Origin: an uncultured Actinomycetales bacterium
GTDB taxonomy: Bacteria; Actinomycetota; Actinomycetes; S36-B12
Length of the DNA stretch: 64,000 nt
Assembly: GCA_913063435.1 (NCBI GenBank)
Contig: CAJXYI010000004.1
Span: 3 to 64,002 of the forward strand
Reading direction: 5' to 3'
Shown here: piece after piece, positions 48,203-57,487 of the stretch
Layout of the letters: each line of letters begins with the position of its first letter
How positions within the stretch are numbered: position 1 is the first letter of the stretch
Program-made: the position numbers and the translations under genes
Notes under the pieces: model-generated
What the model saw: only the letters and a program-made list of their open reading frames with translations
Database searches by the model: none
What the model was told of the DNA's origin: nothing

Positions 48203-51190
48203 TCAGGGGGTTGTCGCGAAGGCCTCGGGTGCCGGGCAGGAGCACACGAGGTTGCGATCACCGAAGGCACCATCGATGCGTCGCACGGGCGGCCAGTAGC
48301 GGTCGCGACGTAGCGTGTCCACTGGATAGGCAGCCTGTTCACGGGAGTACGGCCGATCCCAATCGCCGAGGAGACAGGCCACGGTGTGCGGTGCGGCCCG
48401 CAGCGGGGATTCCTCGGCCGTCCACCGTCCTCGTTCGATCTCGGCGATCTCCTCCCGGATAGCGAGCATCGCGTCGACGAACCGATCGATCTCGATGATG
48501 TCCTCACTCTCGGTGGGTTCGATCATCAAGGTGCCGGCAACCGGGAAGGACATCGTCGGTGCGTGGAATCCGTAGTCGATGAGGCGCTTAGCGATGTCAT
48601 CGACGGTGATGCCGGTGGCCTTCGTCAGCGGCCGGATGTCCAGGATGCACTCGTGGGCCACCCGGCCCTGCTCCCCGGTGTACAGGGTGGGATAGGAATC
48701 CGACAGGCGGGCACTGATGTAGTTCGCCGAAACGATCGCCTGGGCAGACGCTGCCGTCAACCCACTCGCGCCCATCATCTTCACGTAGGCCCACGGGATG
48801 GGCAGGATTCCCGCACTCCCCCACGGTGCCCCGCTGACCGGGCCCACCGCGTGCGGACCATCGGGCACTGTCGACTCGACGGTGTCGGCGATCGGTCCCT
48901 GCGGCGCCAGCGGATGACGGGGCAGGAACGGCGCCAGGTGAGCCGCGACCGCCACCGGACCGACTCCGGGCCCTCCCCCACCGTGTGGGATGCAGAACGT
49001 CTTGTGCAGATTCAAGTGCGACACATCGGCCCCGAACCCACCCGGCGCGGCGAGTCCCACGAGAGCGTTGAGATTCGCGCCGTCGACATAGACCTGACCT
49101 CCCGCGGTATGCACGATGTCGCAGATCTCGACAACGGCCTCCTCGAAGACACCGTGGGTCGAGGGATAGGTGATCATCAACGCCGCCAATTGGTCGCGAT
49201 GTTCGGCGACGAGGGTACGCAGGGCGGCGACGTCGACGTTGCCTTGGTCATCGCACGGAGCGACCACGACGCGCATCCCGGCCATGACGGCACTGGCCGC
49301 ATTCGTCCCGTGGGCACTGGAGGGAATGATGCACACATCGCGGTGCGCCTGGCCACGTGACCGGTGGTAGCCCCGGATAGCCAGCAGCCCCGCGAATTCA
49401 CCCTGTGAACCCGCATTCGGCTGGATGGACACGGCCGCATAACCGGTGATCTCAGCCAGCCAGGACTGCAGATCGTGGATCATCTGGGCATATCCGGCCA
49501 ACTGCTCTCCCGGTGCAAACGGATGCATCCGCGCGAACTGCGGCCAGGTGATCGCGGCCATCTCCGTCGCAGCATTCAACTTCATGGTGCACGAACCCAG
49601 CGGAATCATCGTGCGGTCCAGCGCGAGATCACGATCGGACAGTCGACGCAGATAGCGCATCATCGCCGTCTCGGAGTGATGGTCATGGAAGATCGGATGG
49701 GCGAGGAACGGCGAGGTTCGCTTCAGTTCGGCGGGTAGCTTGTCTAACGAGCCGCCAGACCGTCGATCCTTGACGGTCGTCGTTCCCGAAACGGACTCCA
49801 GCCCGAGTGCGTCGATGAAGCTCTCGACCAGGGTGGCGATGTCAGCCGCGGTCGTTACTTCATCGAGGGACATCGACACAATGTCGTCATCGACACGTCG
49901 GATGTTGATCCCTCGCGCAGCGGCTGCTGAAACCACGGCATCGGCCTGCCGCACGGTCGACACGGCCACGGTGTCGAAGAAGGCGTCGTGTAGCGGTGCC
50001 AAACCCAGGGACTGCAACCGCACGCTCACGTCGACCGCGTGAGCATGGACACGCTTCGCGATCGCGGCAAGACCGGCTGGCCCGTGGTAGGCGGCATAGA
50101 GGGCCGACACGATCGCCAGCAGCACCTGCGCCGTACAAATGTTGCTGGTGGCCTTCTCCCGCCGGATGTGCTGCTCTCGTGTCTGAAGGGCAAGCCGATA
50201 GGCCGGTGCGCCGTCCGCATCGACGCTCACCCCCACGAGGCGTCCGGGAAGGTGTCGTTCCCAACCGGCGCGCACGCTCAAGAAGCCAGCATGCGGGCCA
50301 CCTGCCCCCATCGGCACGCCGAAGCGCTGGGCTGACCCGATGACGACATCGGCGCCCATCTCCCCCGGTGGCGTCAGCACGGTCAGGGCCAGCAGATCCG
50401 TTGCGACGGCGACGGTAGCCCCCTGTTCGTGGGCGGTGTCGATCAACGGTCGAGGATCGCGGATGCGTCCGGATGAGCCCGGATAGCTGAGCAGCACCCC
50501 GAATGCTTCGCGGAATCGTGCTGGGTCGGTGTCGTCCCGGGCGTCGAGATCGCAGATCTCCAGGTCGATCCCCAGGGGTTCGGCCCGGGTGCGCAGGACG
50601 GCGATGGTCTGCGGATGCGTGTCCGCATCGACGATGAATGTCGAGCGATCGGTCTTGGTGACACGGCGCATCAACGTCATGGCTTCTGCTGCTGCCGTGG
50701 GCTCGTCGAGCAGCGAGGCTCCGGCCACGGGCAGACCCGTGAGGTCTTCGATCATGGTCTGGAAGGCCAGGAGGACTTCAAGTCGCCCCTGGGCGATCTC
50801 TGGCTGATAGGGGGTGTACGCGGTGTACCAACCGGGATTCTCCAAGACGTTGCGCACGATGACCTGAGGGGTGATCGTGTCGTGATAGCCCAGTCCGATC
50901 ATGGAGGTCAACACCGTGTTGCGGTCGGCCAGCGTGGCGAGTTCGGCCAGCGCCTCGTCCTCTGAAATGGCGATGGGCAGGTCCATCGGTGTGGTGAGCC
51001 GGATCGATTCGGGCAGCACCTCGTTCAACAGGGTGGGCAGATCGTGGACCCCGAGGGTGTCGAGCATCCGCTGGGTGTGCGCGGGTGAAGGTCCGATGTG
51101 CCGGTCGGCGAAGGTGTCGCGGACTTCGGGCCCGGAGATAGGGAGTGGGTGCCGATCAGTCTCGGGGGCCACGCTCATCTGATCTGTCAT
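48203..51190 (-). CDS. gcvP: glycine dehydrogenase (decarboxylating), P protein
   Basis: Two-domain fused GcvP of about 995 aa. The ORF-track start 51199 is a TTG. ATG 51190 is preferred (GAAAGG 9 nt upstream). Confidence 0.95.
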   Translation of the reverse strand: MTDQMSVAPETDRHPLPISGPEVRDTFADRHIGPSPAHTQRMLDTLGVHDLPTLLNEVLPESIRLTTPMDLPIAISEDEALAELATLADRNTVLTSMIGLGYHDTITPQVIVRNVLENPGWYTAYTPYQPEIAQGRLEVLLAFQTMIEDLTGLPVAGASLLDEPTAAAEAMTLMRRVTKTDRSTFIVDADTHPQTIAVLRTRAEPLGIDLEICDLDARDDTDPARFREAFGVLLSYPGSSGRIRDPRPLIDTAHEQGATVAVATDLLALTVLTPPGEMGADVVIGSAQRFGVPMGAGGPHAGFLSVRAGWERHLPGRLVGVSVDADGAPAYRLALQTREQHIRREKATSNICTAQVLLAIVSALYAAYHGPAGLAAIAKRVHAHAVDVSVRLQSLGLAPLHDAFFDTVAVSTVRQADAVVSAAAARGINIRRVDDDIVSMSLDEVTTAADIATLVESFIDALGLESVSGTTTVKDRRSGGSLDKLPAELKRTSPFLAHPIFHDHHSETAMMRYLRRLSDRDLALDRTMIPLGSCTMKLNAATEMAAITWPQFARMHPFAPGEQLAGYAQMIHDLQSWLAEITGYAAVSIQPNAGSQGEFAGLLAIRGYHRSRGQAHRDVCIIPSSAHGTNAASAVMAGMRVVVAPCDDQGNVDVAALRTLVAEHRDQLAALMITYPSTHGVFEEAVVEICDIVHTAGGQVYVDGANLNALVGLAAPGGFGADVSHLNLHKTFCIPHGGGGPGVGPVAVAAHLAPFLPRHPLAPQGPIADTVESTVPDGPHAVGPVSGAPWGSAGILPIPWAYVKMMGASGLTAASAQAIVSANYISARLSDSYPTLYTGEQGRVAHECILDIRPLTKATGITVDDIAKRLIDYGFHAPTMSFPVAGTLMIEPTESEDIIEIDRFVDAMLAIREEIAEIERGRWTAEESPLRAAPHTVACLLGDWDRPYSREQAAYPVDTLRRDRYWPPVRRIDGAFGDRNLVCSCPAPEAFATTP

Positions 51191-51240
51191 CGCCGGCAAC
51201 CTTTCGAGGGCACGTCGGTGACCGGGCGGTCACCCGCATG

Positions 51241-51436
51241 CCCCCTCTGGTTCCGTGTCGGACACGACCTGAGAGTTTCACCCCATTTGTTCGGGGCTTG
51301 CACCGTCGGTGGAGCCGGTTGGCTCGCTCTCCAGAGTTGCCTGACCCCTACGGTTCTGGGTGCCTGAGAGTTTCCGGGGCGGTTGCTCCTTCGGCGGCCC
51401 TGCGGCGTGGTGACCGCAGTGCTCTCTCCCGTGGGA
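51241..51436 (-). promoter_or_regulatory. tandem glycine riboswitch (two aptamers) in the gcvP leader
   Basis: Minus-strand aptamer 1 reads GGGAGAG...CGCCGAAGGAGCAA...CTCTCAGGCA. Aptamer 2 reads CTGGAGAG...CACCGACGGTGCAA...CTCTCAGG. A GGTGACC-gggc-GGTCACC hairpin (51217-51234) follows, before the SD. Confidence 0.9.
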
Positions 51437-51460
51437 ATCGTTCAGCTGGCGTGAACGCTA

Positions 51461-52084
51461 TCAGCCAACCTGGGCACGCGCAGCGCGCCTCGCCGCGAGT
51501 TCGTCCTGGGCCATGGTTTCGCCGGAGCCGCAAGCTGTGCCGTCGGTCCGCTCACCGGGTAGTTCGGCGAGGGTCCCTTCAACCTCCTGCCAGACGCTTC
51601 CGATGGCGATGCCGAATACTCCCTGCCCGCCACGCACGAGGTCGATGACCTCATCGGCGCTGCGGCACTCGTAAATCGAGGCACCATCGCTCATCAAGGT
51701 GATGCGGGAGAGGTCTTCGCTTCCGCGGGTGGCGAGGTGGCTGACGGCTGCTCTGATGTTGGGTAGGGACACTCCGGTGTCGATGAGCCGCTTGACGATC
51801 CGCAGGACGAGGATGTCCCGGAAGGAGTACAGGCGCTGGGATCCGGAGCCGGCTGCGGGTCGGATGCTCGGCTCGACGAGTCCGGTGCGGGCCCAGTAAT
51901 CGAGTTGACGGTAGCTGATGCCGGCGGCTGCGCAGGCGATGGGCCCGCGGTAACCGAGGTGGATGGATTCCGGGCGCAGGGCCGCGTCGTCGAAGAGTGC
52001 GGACTGGTCGACGGTGGTGGGGACATCGTCGGGTGCTAGCGACCGGGGCGCGTGCTCACCCGCTGCTGGGGGGTGCTGATCCAC
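51461..52084 (-). CDS. MerR family transcriptional regulator (Rv1830-like)
   Basis: MerR HTH (IACAAAGISYRQLDYWARTGLV...RLYSFRDILVLRIVKRL). Synteny with the gcvP and DUF151 block. Confidence 0.8.
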   Translation of the reverse strand: MDQHPPAAGEHAPRSLAPDDVPTTVDQSALFDDAALRPESIHLGYRGPIACAAAGISYRQLDYWARTGLVEPSIRPAAGSGSQRLYSFRDILVLRIVKRLIDTGVSLPNIRAAVSHLATRGSEDLSRITLMSDGASIYECRSADEVIDLVRGGQGVFGIAIGSVWQEVEGTLAELPGERTDGTACGSGETMAQDELAARRAARAQVG

Positions 52085-52140
52085 CTGCCTACCTCGCTCT
52101 GCTGCTGTGTGCGGTTCCCGGCCGGCTGTCCGGGTCGTTA

Positions 52141-52170
52141 ACGCTAGGGCTCGGGGGTGGGCAGCGTCAA
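52141..52170 (-). promoter_or_regulatory. sigma-A-like promoter TTGACG-N18-TAGCGT for the MerR gene
   Basis: On the minus strand, TTGACG lies at 52170-52165 and TAGCGT at 52146-52141 with an 18-nt spacer, about 57 nt upstream of GTG 52084. A hairpin repeat abuts the -35. Confidence 0.4.
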
Positions 52171-52171
52171 C

Positions 52172-52225
52172 GCGACCCGCCGATGGTGGGTCGCGGGAAG
52201 GGATGCGACCCGCCGATGGTGGGTC
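52172..52225. repeat. two copies of the 21-bp hairpin-forming unit GCGACCCGCCGATGGTGGGTC (33-bp period)
   Basis: The copies lie at 52172-52192 and 52205-52225. Each contains GACCC-N9-GGGTC. They are followed by three 13-bp tandem units (52225-52263) spanning the nuclease stop codon. Confidence 0.9.
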
Positions 52226-52250
52226 CAGTCACCAGGTCCAGTCACCGGGT

Positions 52251-52760
52251 TCAGTCGGTGGATTCGGGTCCGGCTTCGGGTCCGGGTTCGATGCCGAAGT
52301 CCTCGGGTGAGATCTGGTCGAGGAATTCGCGGAACTTCTCTACCTCGCTGGCCTCGTCGGGCCCCTCGTCGGGGAGTTCGACGGCGGCGTCGTCGAGGAC
52401 ATCATCGGCAACGTAGACCGTCGAGCCGGTGCGCAGGGCTAGGGCGAGGGCGTCGGAGGGCCGCGCTCCGACGTGCAGTCCGGACTCGAAGACGAGATCG
52501 GCGTAGAAGACTCCGTCGCGTAGTTCGAGGATCTGGACCTGATCGAGGTGCGCACCGTGGGCATCGATGACGTCGCGGAGCAGGTCATGGGTGAGCGGTC
52601 GGTCGGGTTTCATTCCCTGCTGCGCCATGGCGATGGCGGTGGCTTCCACGGCGCCGATCCAGATGGGCAGGTAGCGACCACCGCCTTGTTCGCGAAGCAG
52701 CACGATGGGCTGGTTGGACGGCATCTCCACGCGCACACCGACGATATCCACCTGTTTCAT
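52251..52760 (-). CDS. bifunctional nuclease family protein (DUF151, Rv1829-like)
   Basis: MKQVDIVGVRVEMPSNQPIVLLRE...YLPIWIG..EA.AI pattern typical of DUF151. Confidence 0.8.
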   Translation of the reverse strand: MKQVDIVGVRVEMPSNQPIVLLREQGGGRYLPIWIGAVEATAIAMAQQGMKPDRPLTHDLLRDVIDAHGAHLDQVQILELRDGVFYADLVFESGLHVGARPSDALALALRTGSTVYVADDVLDDAAVELPDEGPDEASEVEKFREFLDQISPEDFGIEPGPEAGPESTD

Positions 52761-52836
52761 GGGTTCACCCTAACCCGGATGTTCTGCAGGTTCGGCTTCG
52801 ACTGAGAGGGTCTGGACAGGTGATGAACATCGTGCG

Positions 52837-53604
52837 CTAGGACCTGCTGAGGGCATTGCGGACGAGGAGGAGGTACACGGCGATGAGATCAGCGGCGAGG
52901 TGACGGCGAGCTTCGTCGTTCTCGGCCTCGGCAAGGGAACCAAGTTCGTGTCTGATGGGAAGGCTGGCATCGACGAGTGCGGTTGTCCGGTCAGCGGATT
53001 GGGTGAGCCAACGCAGATGACGGGGTTCGATTCCGTATGCCTGTAGCCGACCGATGATCTCCGTGATGGCGAGTTCGGTGGCATCCCAGTGATTGATGAG
53101 TCCGTGCTGGCGCATCTTCTCGATCGCGTCACTGCTGACAGGTGCTCGCTTGGTGAACTGTGCGGGCGTCAGTTCCGTCTCCGTCGAATCCGACCCGCGT
53201 GGCCTCAACAGATGCGCGAGTGATCCACTCTCGGTGCCCTCAGATCCCCCCGGTGTGCCTGGACCTGCTGAGACGGGACGCACCTGCCGTGGTCCCACAT
53301 CATCGGGGCTGGGGTTCGCCAATCGTCGAGCGATGACATCAAGTGGCAGGAACTCGTCGCGCTGGCAGCCGATGATGTAGCGCAGGCGTTCGATGTCCTG
53401 CGGGGAGAAGCGTCGACTGCCACCGCGGGTGCGCGTCGGCGTCACGAGCCCCCGGGCTTCGAGATAGCGCAGTTTGGAAACCGATATATCGGAGAACTCT
53501 CGGTCGAGGATCCTGGCCGCCTGCCCGATCCCCACGAGTCCTCCCCCACTCGGTTCGTCGGGAACCGACGGGTGGGTTTCGCGGGAGGAATCGGGATCGG
53601 TCAT
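52837..53604 (-). CDS. MerR family transcriptional regulator (Rv1828-like)
   Basis: MerR HTH (IGQAARILDREFSDISVSKLRYLEARGLV...RRFSPQDIERLRYI). ATGA overlap with the FHA gene. Confidence 0.8.
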   Translation of the reverse strand: MTDPDSSRETHPSVPDEPSGGGLVGIGQAARILDREFSDISVSKLRYLEARGLVTPTRTRGGSRRFSPQDIERLRYIIGCQRDEFLPLDVIARRLANPSPDDVGPRQVRPVSAGPGTPGGSEGTESGSLAHLLRPRGSDSTETELTPAQFTKRAPVSSDAIEKMRQHGLINHWDATELAITEIIGRLQAYGIEPRHLRWLTQSADRTTALVDASLPIRHELGSLAEAENDEARRHLAADLIAVYLLLVRNALSRS

Positions 53605-54122
53605 TCTCCCCCGATGAGATACACGAACCGGTATTTGCCGATCTGGACCTCATCACCGGGATTCAATGTGACTGAGTCGACTCTGCTGCGATTGACGTAG
53701 GTGCCGTTGAGGCTATCGGCATCCTTGAGGATCCACGTCTGTCCGTCCCGACGAAACTCGGCATGGTGCCGGCTGACGGTGATGTCATCGAGGAAGAGGT
53801 CTGAATCCGGAGCTCTTCCAGCAACGACGATGTCGCCTGAGAGCAGGAACGATGCACCCGCGTTGGCGCCACGGCTGACGACGAGAACCGAGGATCCCGG
53901 GGTGATACCCGTGACGTAGCCTGATCCGACAACGGGGATCGAACCGCTGGAATGCGGTCCGGCAGTCCCGAGGAACGTCGAGTCCATCGCACCGTCACCG
54001 GATTCGTCGGGTACGGGCAGGGGCGCCCCGCAATGAGAGCAGAACCTGTCCTCGGGGTCTGCTGCTTCCCCGCAGGTGATGCATGATCGACGTGACTCGC
54101 CGGTCCGCGACTCATTCGTCAT
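53601..54122 (-). CDS. FHA-domain protein, GarA/OdhI-like with N-terminal zinc ribbon
   Basis: The C-terminal FHA domain is close to the remembered GarA sequence (GRAPDSDLFLDDITVSRHHAEF...SLNGTYVNR...GDEVQIGKYRFVYL). The N-terminus carries CITCG-x13-CSHCG. Confidence 0.85.
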   Translation of the reverse strand: MTNESRTGESRRSCITCGEAADPEDRFCSHCGAPLPVPDESGDGAMDSTFLGTAGPHSSGSIPVVGSGYVTGITPGSSVLVVSRGANAGASFLLSGDIVVAGRAPDSDLFLDDITVSRHHAEFRRDGQTWILKDADSLNGTYVNRSRVDSVTLNPGDEVQIGKYRFVYLIGGE

Positions 54123-54130
54123 CGTGTTCG

Positions 54131-54514
54131 TCAGGCTTCCTCGGTGATGGCCGAGTACGCGGCAGCATCGAGAAGCGCCTGGACGCCTTCGACGTCATCG
54201 GGGCGAACCTCGACTAACCAGCCCTCGCCGTAGGGGTCGGTATTGATCACCTCGGGTGCATCCGCCAGCGCATCATTACGGGCAACGACGACACCACTGA
54301 TGGGTGCATAGATATCACTCACGCTCTTAGTGGATTCCACTTCGCCGCAGGTGCTTCCCGCGGCCAAGGTGGCATCCGGTGCAGGCAGGTCCACGAACAC
54401 GATGTCACCGAGTGCATCCTGGGCATAATCGGTGATCCCGAAAAGCACAGTCCCGGAATCCGTGACGCGCACCCATTCGTGTTCGCTGGTGTAGCGCAGG
54501 TCTTCGGGAATCAC
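54131..54514 (-). CDS. gcvH: glycine cleavage system H protein
   Basis: GTG 54514 (SD GAAGGAGG upstream) gives VIPEDLRYTSEHEWV. Lipoyl-lysine motif EVESTKSVSDIYAP. Confidence 0.9.
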   Translation of the reverse strand: MIPEDLRYTSEHEWVRVTDSGTVLFGITDYAQDALGDIVFVDLPAPDATLAAGSTCGEVESTKSVSDIYAPISGVVVARNDALADAPEVINTDPYGEGWLVEVRPDDVEGVQALLDAAAYSAITEEA

Positions 54515-54626
54515 TGGGCCTCCTTCATGTGCCAACGTGTGCTGTGCCGTGCGCGTGCTGCCAGTTCGCGGGACGGCTGCCTGGCGCCCTGTGGTCATCC
54601 TGTCATGCCTGATTGCTGGTGGAAAA

Positions 54627-55259
54627 CTACCGACGGGTGGTTGTTGTGGGCAAGGGCGTGTTTCTCACGATCCGTACGGTCTGCTCCACGTAGAGCACCG
54701 CCCCGTACCAATACAGCGCCAGTCCCCAGATCACAAGCGCCCAGCCGAAGACATCGATCACCGACTGCCACGGGGCCGGACCGGCTCCGGCGAGCAGCAA
54801 GGGGAAGCCTACGAAGAGAGCGAATGTCGCTGCCTTGCCCAGGTAGTGCACGGGCAGAGCCGATAGGCCACGTCGACGCAGGGCCGGCAGCAGGGCGAGC
54901 AGCAACAACTCCCGCGCGACGAGGGCTGCAACCAGCCACCACGGGATGATGTCGCGCAGGGCCAGTGTCACGACCACGGCTGCAATCGTGATCCGGTCGG
55001 CGAGGGGATCGAGCAATTGACCGATGGCCGAGACCTGCGACCATCGCCGGGCGATATAGCCGTCTAGATAGTCGGTGATTCCCGAGACGACGAGGACGAT
55101 CGCAGCCGCCAGATCTGCCCGGGGTCCGAGCACCAACCAGCAGTAGATGCCGATGAGCACCAGGCGCAACACGGAGAGGACGTTGGGCACCGTCAGGATG
55201 CGGTCGGTGGTAGTGATGAAGCCATCGTCACGTTCGGCGGAAGCTCCGGGGGATGTCAC
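54627..55259 (-). CDS. CDP-alcohol phosphatidyltransferase family protein (PgsA2 / cardiolipin synthase-like)
   Basis: DYLDGYIARR...GQLLDPLADR motif (D-x2-DG-x2-AR...D-x3-D) with multiple TM segments. Confidence 0.85.
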   Translation of the reverse strand: MTSPGASAERDDGFITTTDRILTVPNVLSVLRLVLIGIYCWLVLGPRADLAAAIVLVVSGITDYLDGYIARRWSQVSAIGQLLDPLADRITIAAVVVTLALRDIIPWWLVAALVARELLLLALLPALRRRGLSALPVHYLGKAATFALFVGFPLLLAGAGPAPWQSVIDVFGWALVIWGLALYWYGAVLYVEQTVRIVRNTPLPTTTTRR

Positions 55260-55287
55260 GAGCAGACCTCTGCCAGGGATGAGCCGG

Positions 55288-56541
55288 TCACACTCGGGCG
55301 ACGGTCAAGATCCCCAGGCACATCTCATCGGCGGTTCCGTCTCCCCAGACGACATGTCGGGGTGGCAGTTCGGCGAGCTCGGGAAGGCTGCGCCTCAGGC
55401 TGGCGTCGTGCGTGCAGCTGACGCGCAAGACATCTCCGCGGGCGACCTCGACGGGGGTGTCGAACCAGGAACGCGCCTGATTGTCGAAGTCCCAGTTCTC
55501 GATGTCCAGGATCCGCGATTCGCCCGACGCACTGACGTGGTCGATCGTCAACGATCGCCCGAGCAGGTGCATGTGGCCCCCAGCCGCGTACACCTGCATG
55601 TCGGATCGCGCCGTGTGTTCGCAGGTCTGGGTCGAGCCTGCCTTGGGATTCACTAGATCGCCGTCGCAGATGAACTGCAGTCCCCAGATCGTGCGAAGCG
55701 ACTCGCCACCGAATCTCTCGATCACATCCGTGACAGCGGCCTCTCGATCGCATAGCGGGCCCGACTCATCGGGCAGGCAGGGAAGTTCGACCGGGGCGGG
55801 CAGCAAATAGGTGTCGAGGGGAATCAGGTCCGCACTTCCCGGCGCGGTGCGCAATTGGACCTGTGTGAGGTCCGGACCCTGTCCCCCGCGCATGTTGTAA
55901 TGCACCTGGAGCACAGCGGCTGATCCCGCGGACACGGGCACCCCGGTGCCCTCGGGTGTGCGCGATTCGCGACCTCCGGGGGCCCACGCGGCCAACCACG
56001 CGTTCCCCTGGATCGCACTGAGTGCATCCTCGGACGAGCTCGGCGGCAGTCCGGGGCCTCCGAAGCACGACCAGCCCTGCTCGCTGTCCTCGGCGTCCTT
56101 CGCCCGCGCCGCCTCGACCTGATCAGGTTCGACGCGATAGACGATGGCGTGATGGACCACCGCAGGATTACCCGGAGCGAAGCGAACGCCGGTCACGAAC
56201 TGGTCGGTCGGGAAGTCCAGGTCGATCAGGAAGCACCGGTAATCATCAGTGCCCTGACCGGAGGCCGTCGGGACATAGGGTTCGGCGAGCCCGATCGTGG
56301 TGACCGCGGGGTCGTCATCGCTGCGGACCGCCACTCCCCCGTTCGCTTCGCTCTGCGTATCCGGATTCCGGGGGTTGGCTGATTCGCCCTCCACCGCGGA
56401 TGGCCCGGCCTTGCCCGCGGAGCCCCCGGCTGTGTCCGGTTGGTCGATCGCACCCGTGGCTGAGCACGCCGAGATGACGAGGGCGCTCACACACGCCGTA
56501 GCGATGAGTGCCAGGCCACGAGGGCGTGCCGAAACTGACAT
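55288..56541 (-). CDS. lipoprotein with PHM/DBH-like copper type II monooxygenase fold
   Basis: Signal peptide with lipobox (LVISACS). Ligand-like pattern in PHM order: VVHHAIVY (His-His), LQVHYN (His), GGHMHLLG (HxH) and GTADEMCLG (Met). Confidence 0.6.
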   Translation of the reverse strand: MSVSARPRGLALIATACVSALVISACSATGAIDQPDTAGGSAGKAGPSAVEGESANPRNPDTQSEANGGVAVRSDDDPAVTTIGLAEPYVPTASGQGTDDYRCFLIDLDFPTDQFVTGVRFAPGNPAVVHHAIVYRVEPDQVEAARAKDAEDSEQGWSCFGGPGLPPSSSEDALSAIQGNAWLAAWAPGGRESRTPEGTGVPVSAGSAAVLQVHYNMRGGQGPDLTQVQLRTAPGSADLIPLDTYLLPAPVELPCLPDESGPLCDREAAVTDVIERFGGESLRTIWGLQFICDGDLVNPKAGSTQTCEHTARSDMQVYAAGGHMHLLGRSLTIDHVSASGESRILDIENWDFDNQARSWFDTPVEVARGDVLRVSCTHDASLRRSLPELAELPPRHVVWGDGTADEMCLGILTVARV

Positions 56542-56604
56542 GGCTCCAGGGTAGCCGCTCCGACCACCCCATGGCGGATTCTCCGGCCGTGGGCACCGGT
56601 CGAC

Positions 56605-57450
56605 TCAATCCAGGCGCGACACGGGCCCTGCGTCGATCACGCCGGCGCTTCGGAGGGCGTAGCCCACGACGGCCACACTCGCGGCGATGTTCAGGGAGTC
56701 GATTCCCTGAGCCATCGGAATCCGGGCACAGCCGGCGATGATGTCCCGGGTGGGTCGACGCAACCCGGCGCCTTCTGTGCCGAAGACCGCAGCAACCGGA
56801 CGGGGTCGCGTCTTCAGCACCTCGTCCAGGTCAGGACATGCTGGATCGGGACTCAAAGCGATCACGGTCATCGACTGTGCCATGGCCTGCAGCGAATCGG
56901 GCCAGTTCGCATCCCTCGTCCACGGCAGATCGATGACCGCGCCCATGGAGGTGCGCACCGAACGTCGATAGAGCGGATCAGCGCAATCCGTCGAGATGAT
57001 CGCACCGGTGAAGCCCATCGCCGCTGCGGATCGGAAGGCGAGTCCGACGTTCGTCGGGTCGACCAGACCTTCGAGGGCCAGCAGGCATCCCCCGGTGTCG
57101 ATGACCTGGTCGACACTGGGGCGAAGTGGCCTCTCGACGGAAGCCAGGACGCCGCGATGGACGCGGAACCCGGTGATGTGCTCCAGCAGGTCAGGTGCCG
57201 CGATCGCGATGTCAGGACGATTTTCCGGAGGAATCGCTGAGATCGATTCCTCAACGCGCGAGACGCGCTTGTGGTCGGTCAGAATCACCCGGATCGAAAG
57301 ACCCGCGGCGATGACCCGTTCGAGGACGAGGAATCCTTCCGCGATGAAAAGGCCGGCAGCGTGTTCGGTTCGCAATCGCAGATCCATATCGGTCAGCGCG
57401 ATGAAATCGGCAATGCGCGGATCCGAGCTGGATTCGATCAGGAACGACAT
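56605..57450 (-). CDS. TrmH/SpoU family RNA 2'-O-methyltransferase
   Basis: C-terminal SpoU knot motifs (AVFGTEGAGL...RIPMAQGIDSLNIAASVAV). ATG 57450 has an upstream GGAGG SD. Confidence 0.8.
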   Translation of the reverse strand: MSFLIESSSDPRIADFIALTDMDLRLRTEHAAGLFIAEGFLVLERVIAAGLSIRVILTDHKRVSRVEESISAIPPENRPDIAIAAPDLLEHITGFRVHRGVLASVERPLRPSVDQVIDTGGCLLALEGLVDPTNVGLAFRSAAAMGFTGAIISTDCADPLYRRSVRTSMGAVIDLPWTRDANWPDSLQAMAQSMTVIALSPDPACPDLDEVLKTRPRPVAAVFGTEGAGLRRPTRDIIAGCARIPMAQGIDSLNIAASVAVVGYALRSAGVIDAGPVSRLD

Positions 57451-57487
57451 AACTTCCTCCGCCTCCGCACGCACGCTGGTTGTGGCG

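Noticed and set aside
48094-48507. N-terminal 138-codon extension of the antiporter ORF (46534..48507)
   Set aside because: The extension reads through the 63-nt palindrome and overlaps the 3' end of gcvP. The membrane protein clearly begins at MELTEGLL (ATG 48093).
51197-51199. TTG start for gcvP given by the ORF track
   Set aside because: It lies within the SD-to-ATG spacer. ATG 51190 has proper spacing to GAAAGG, and the difference is three codons.
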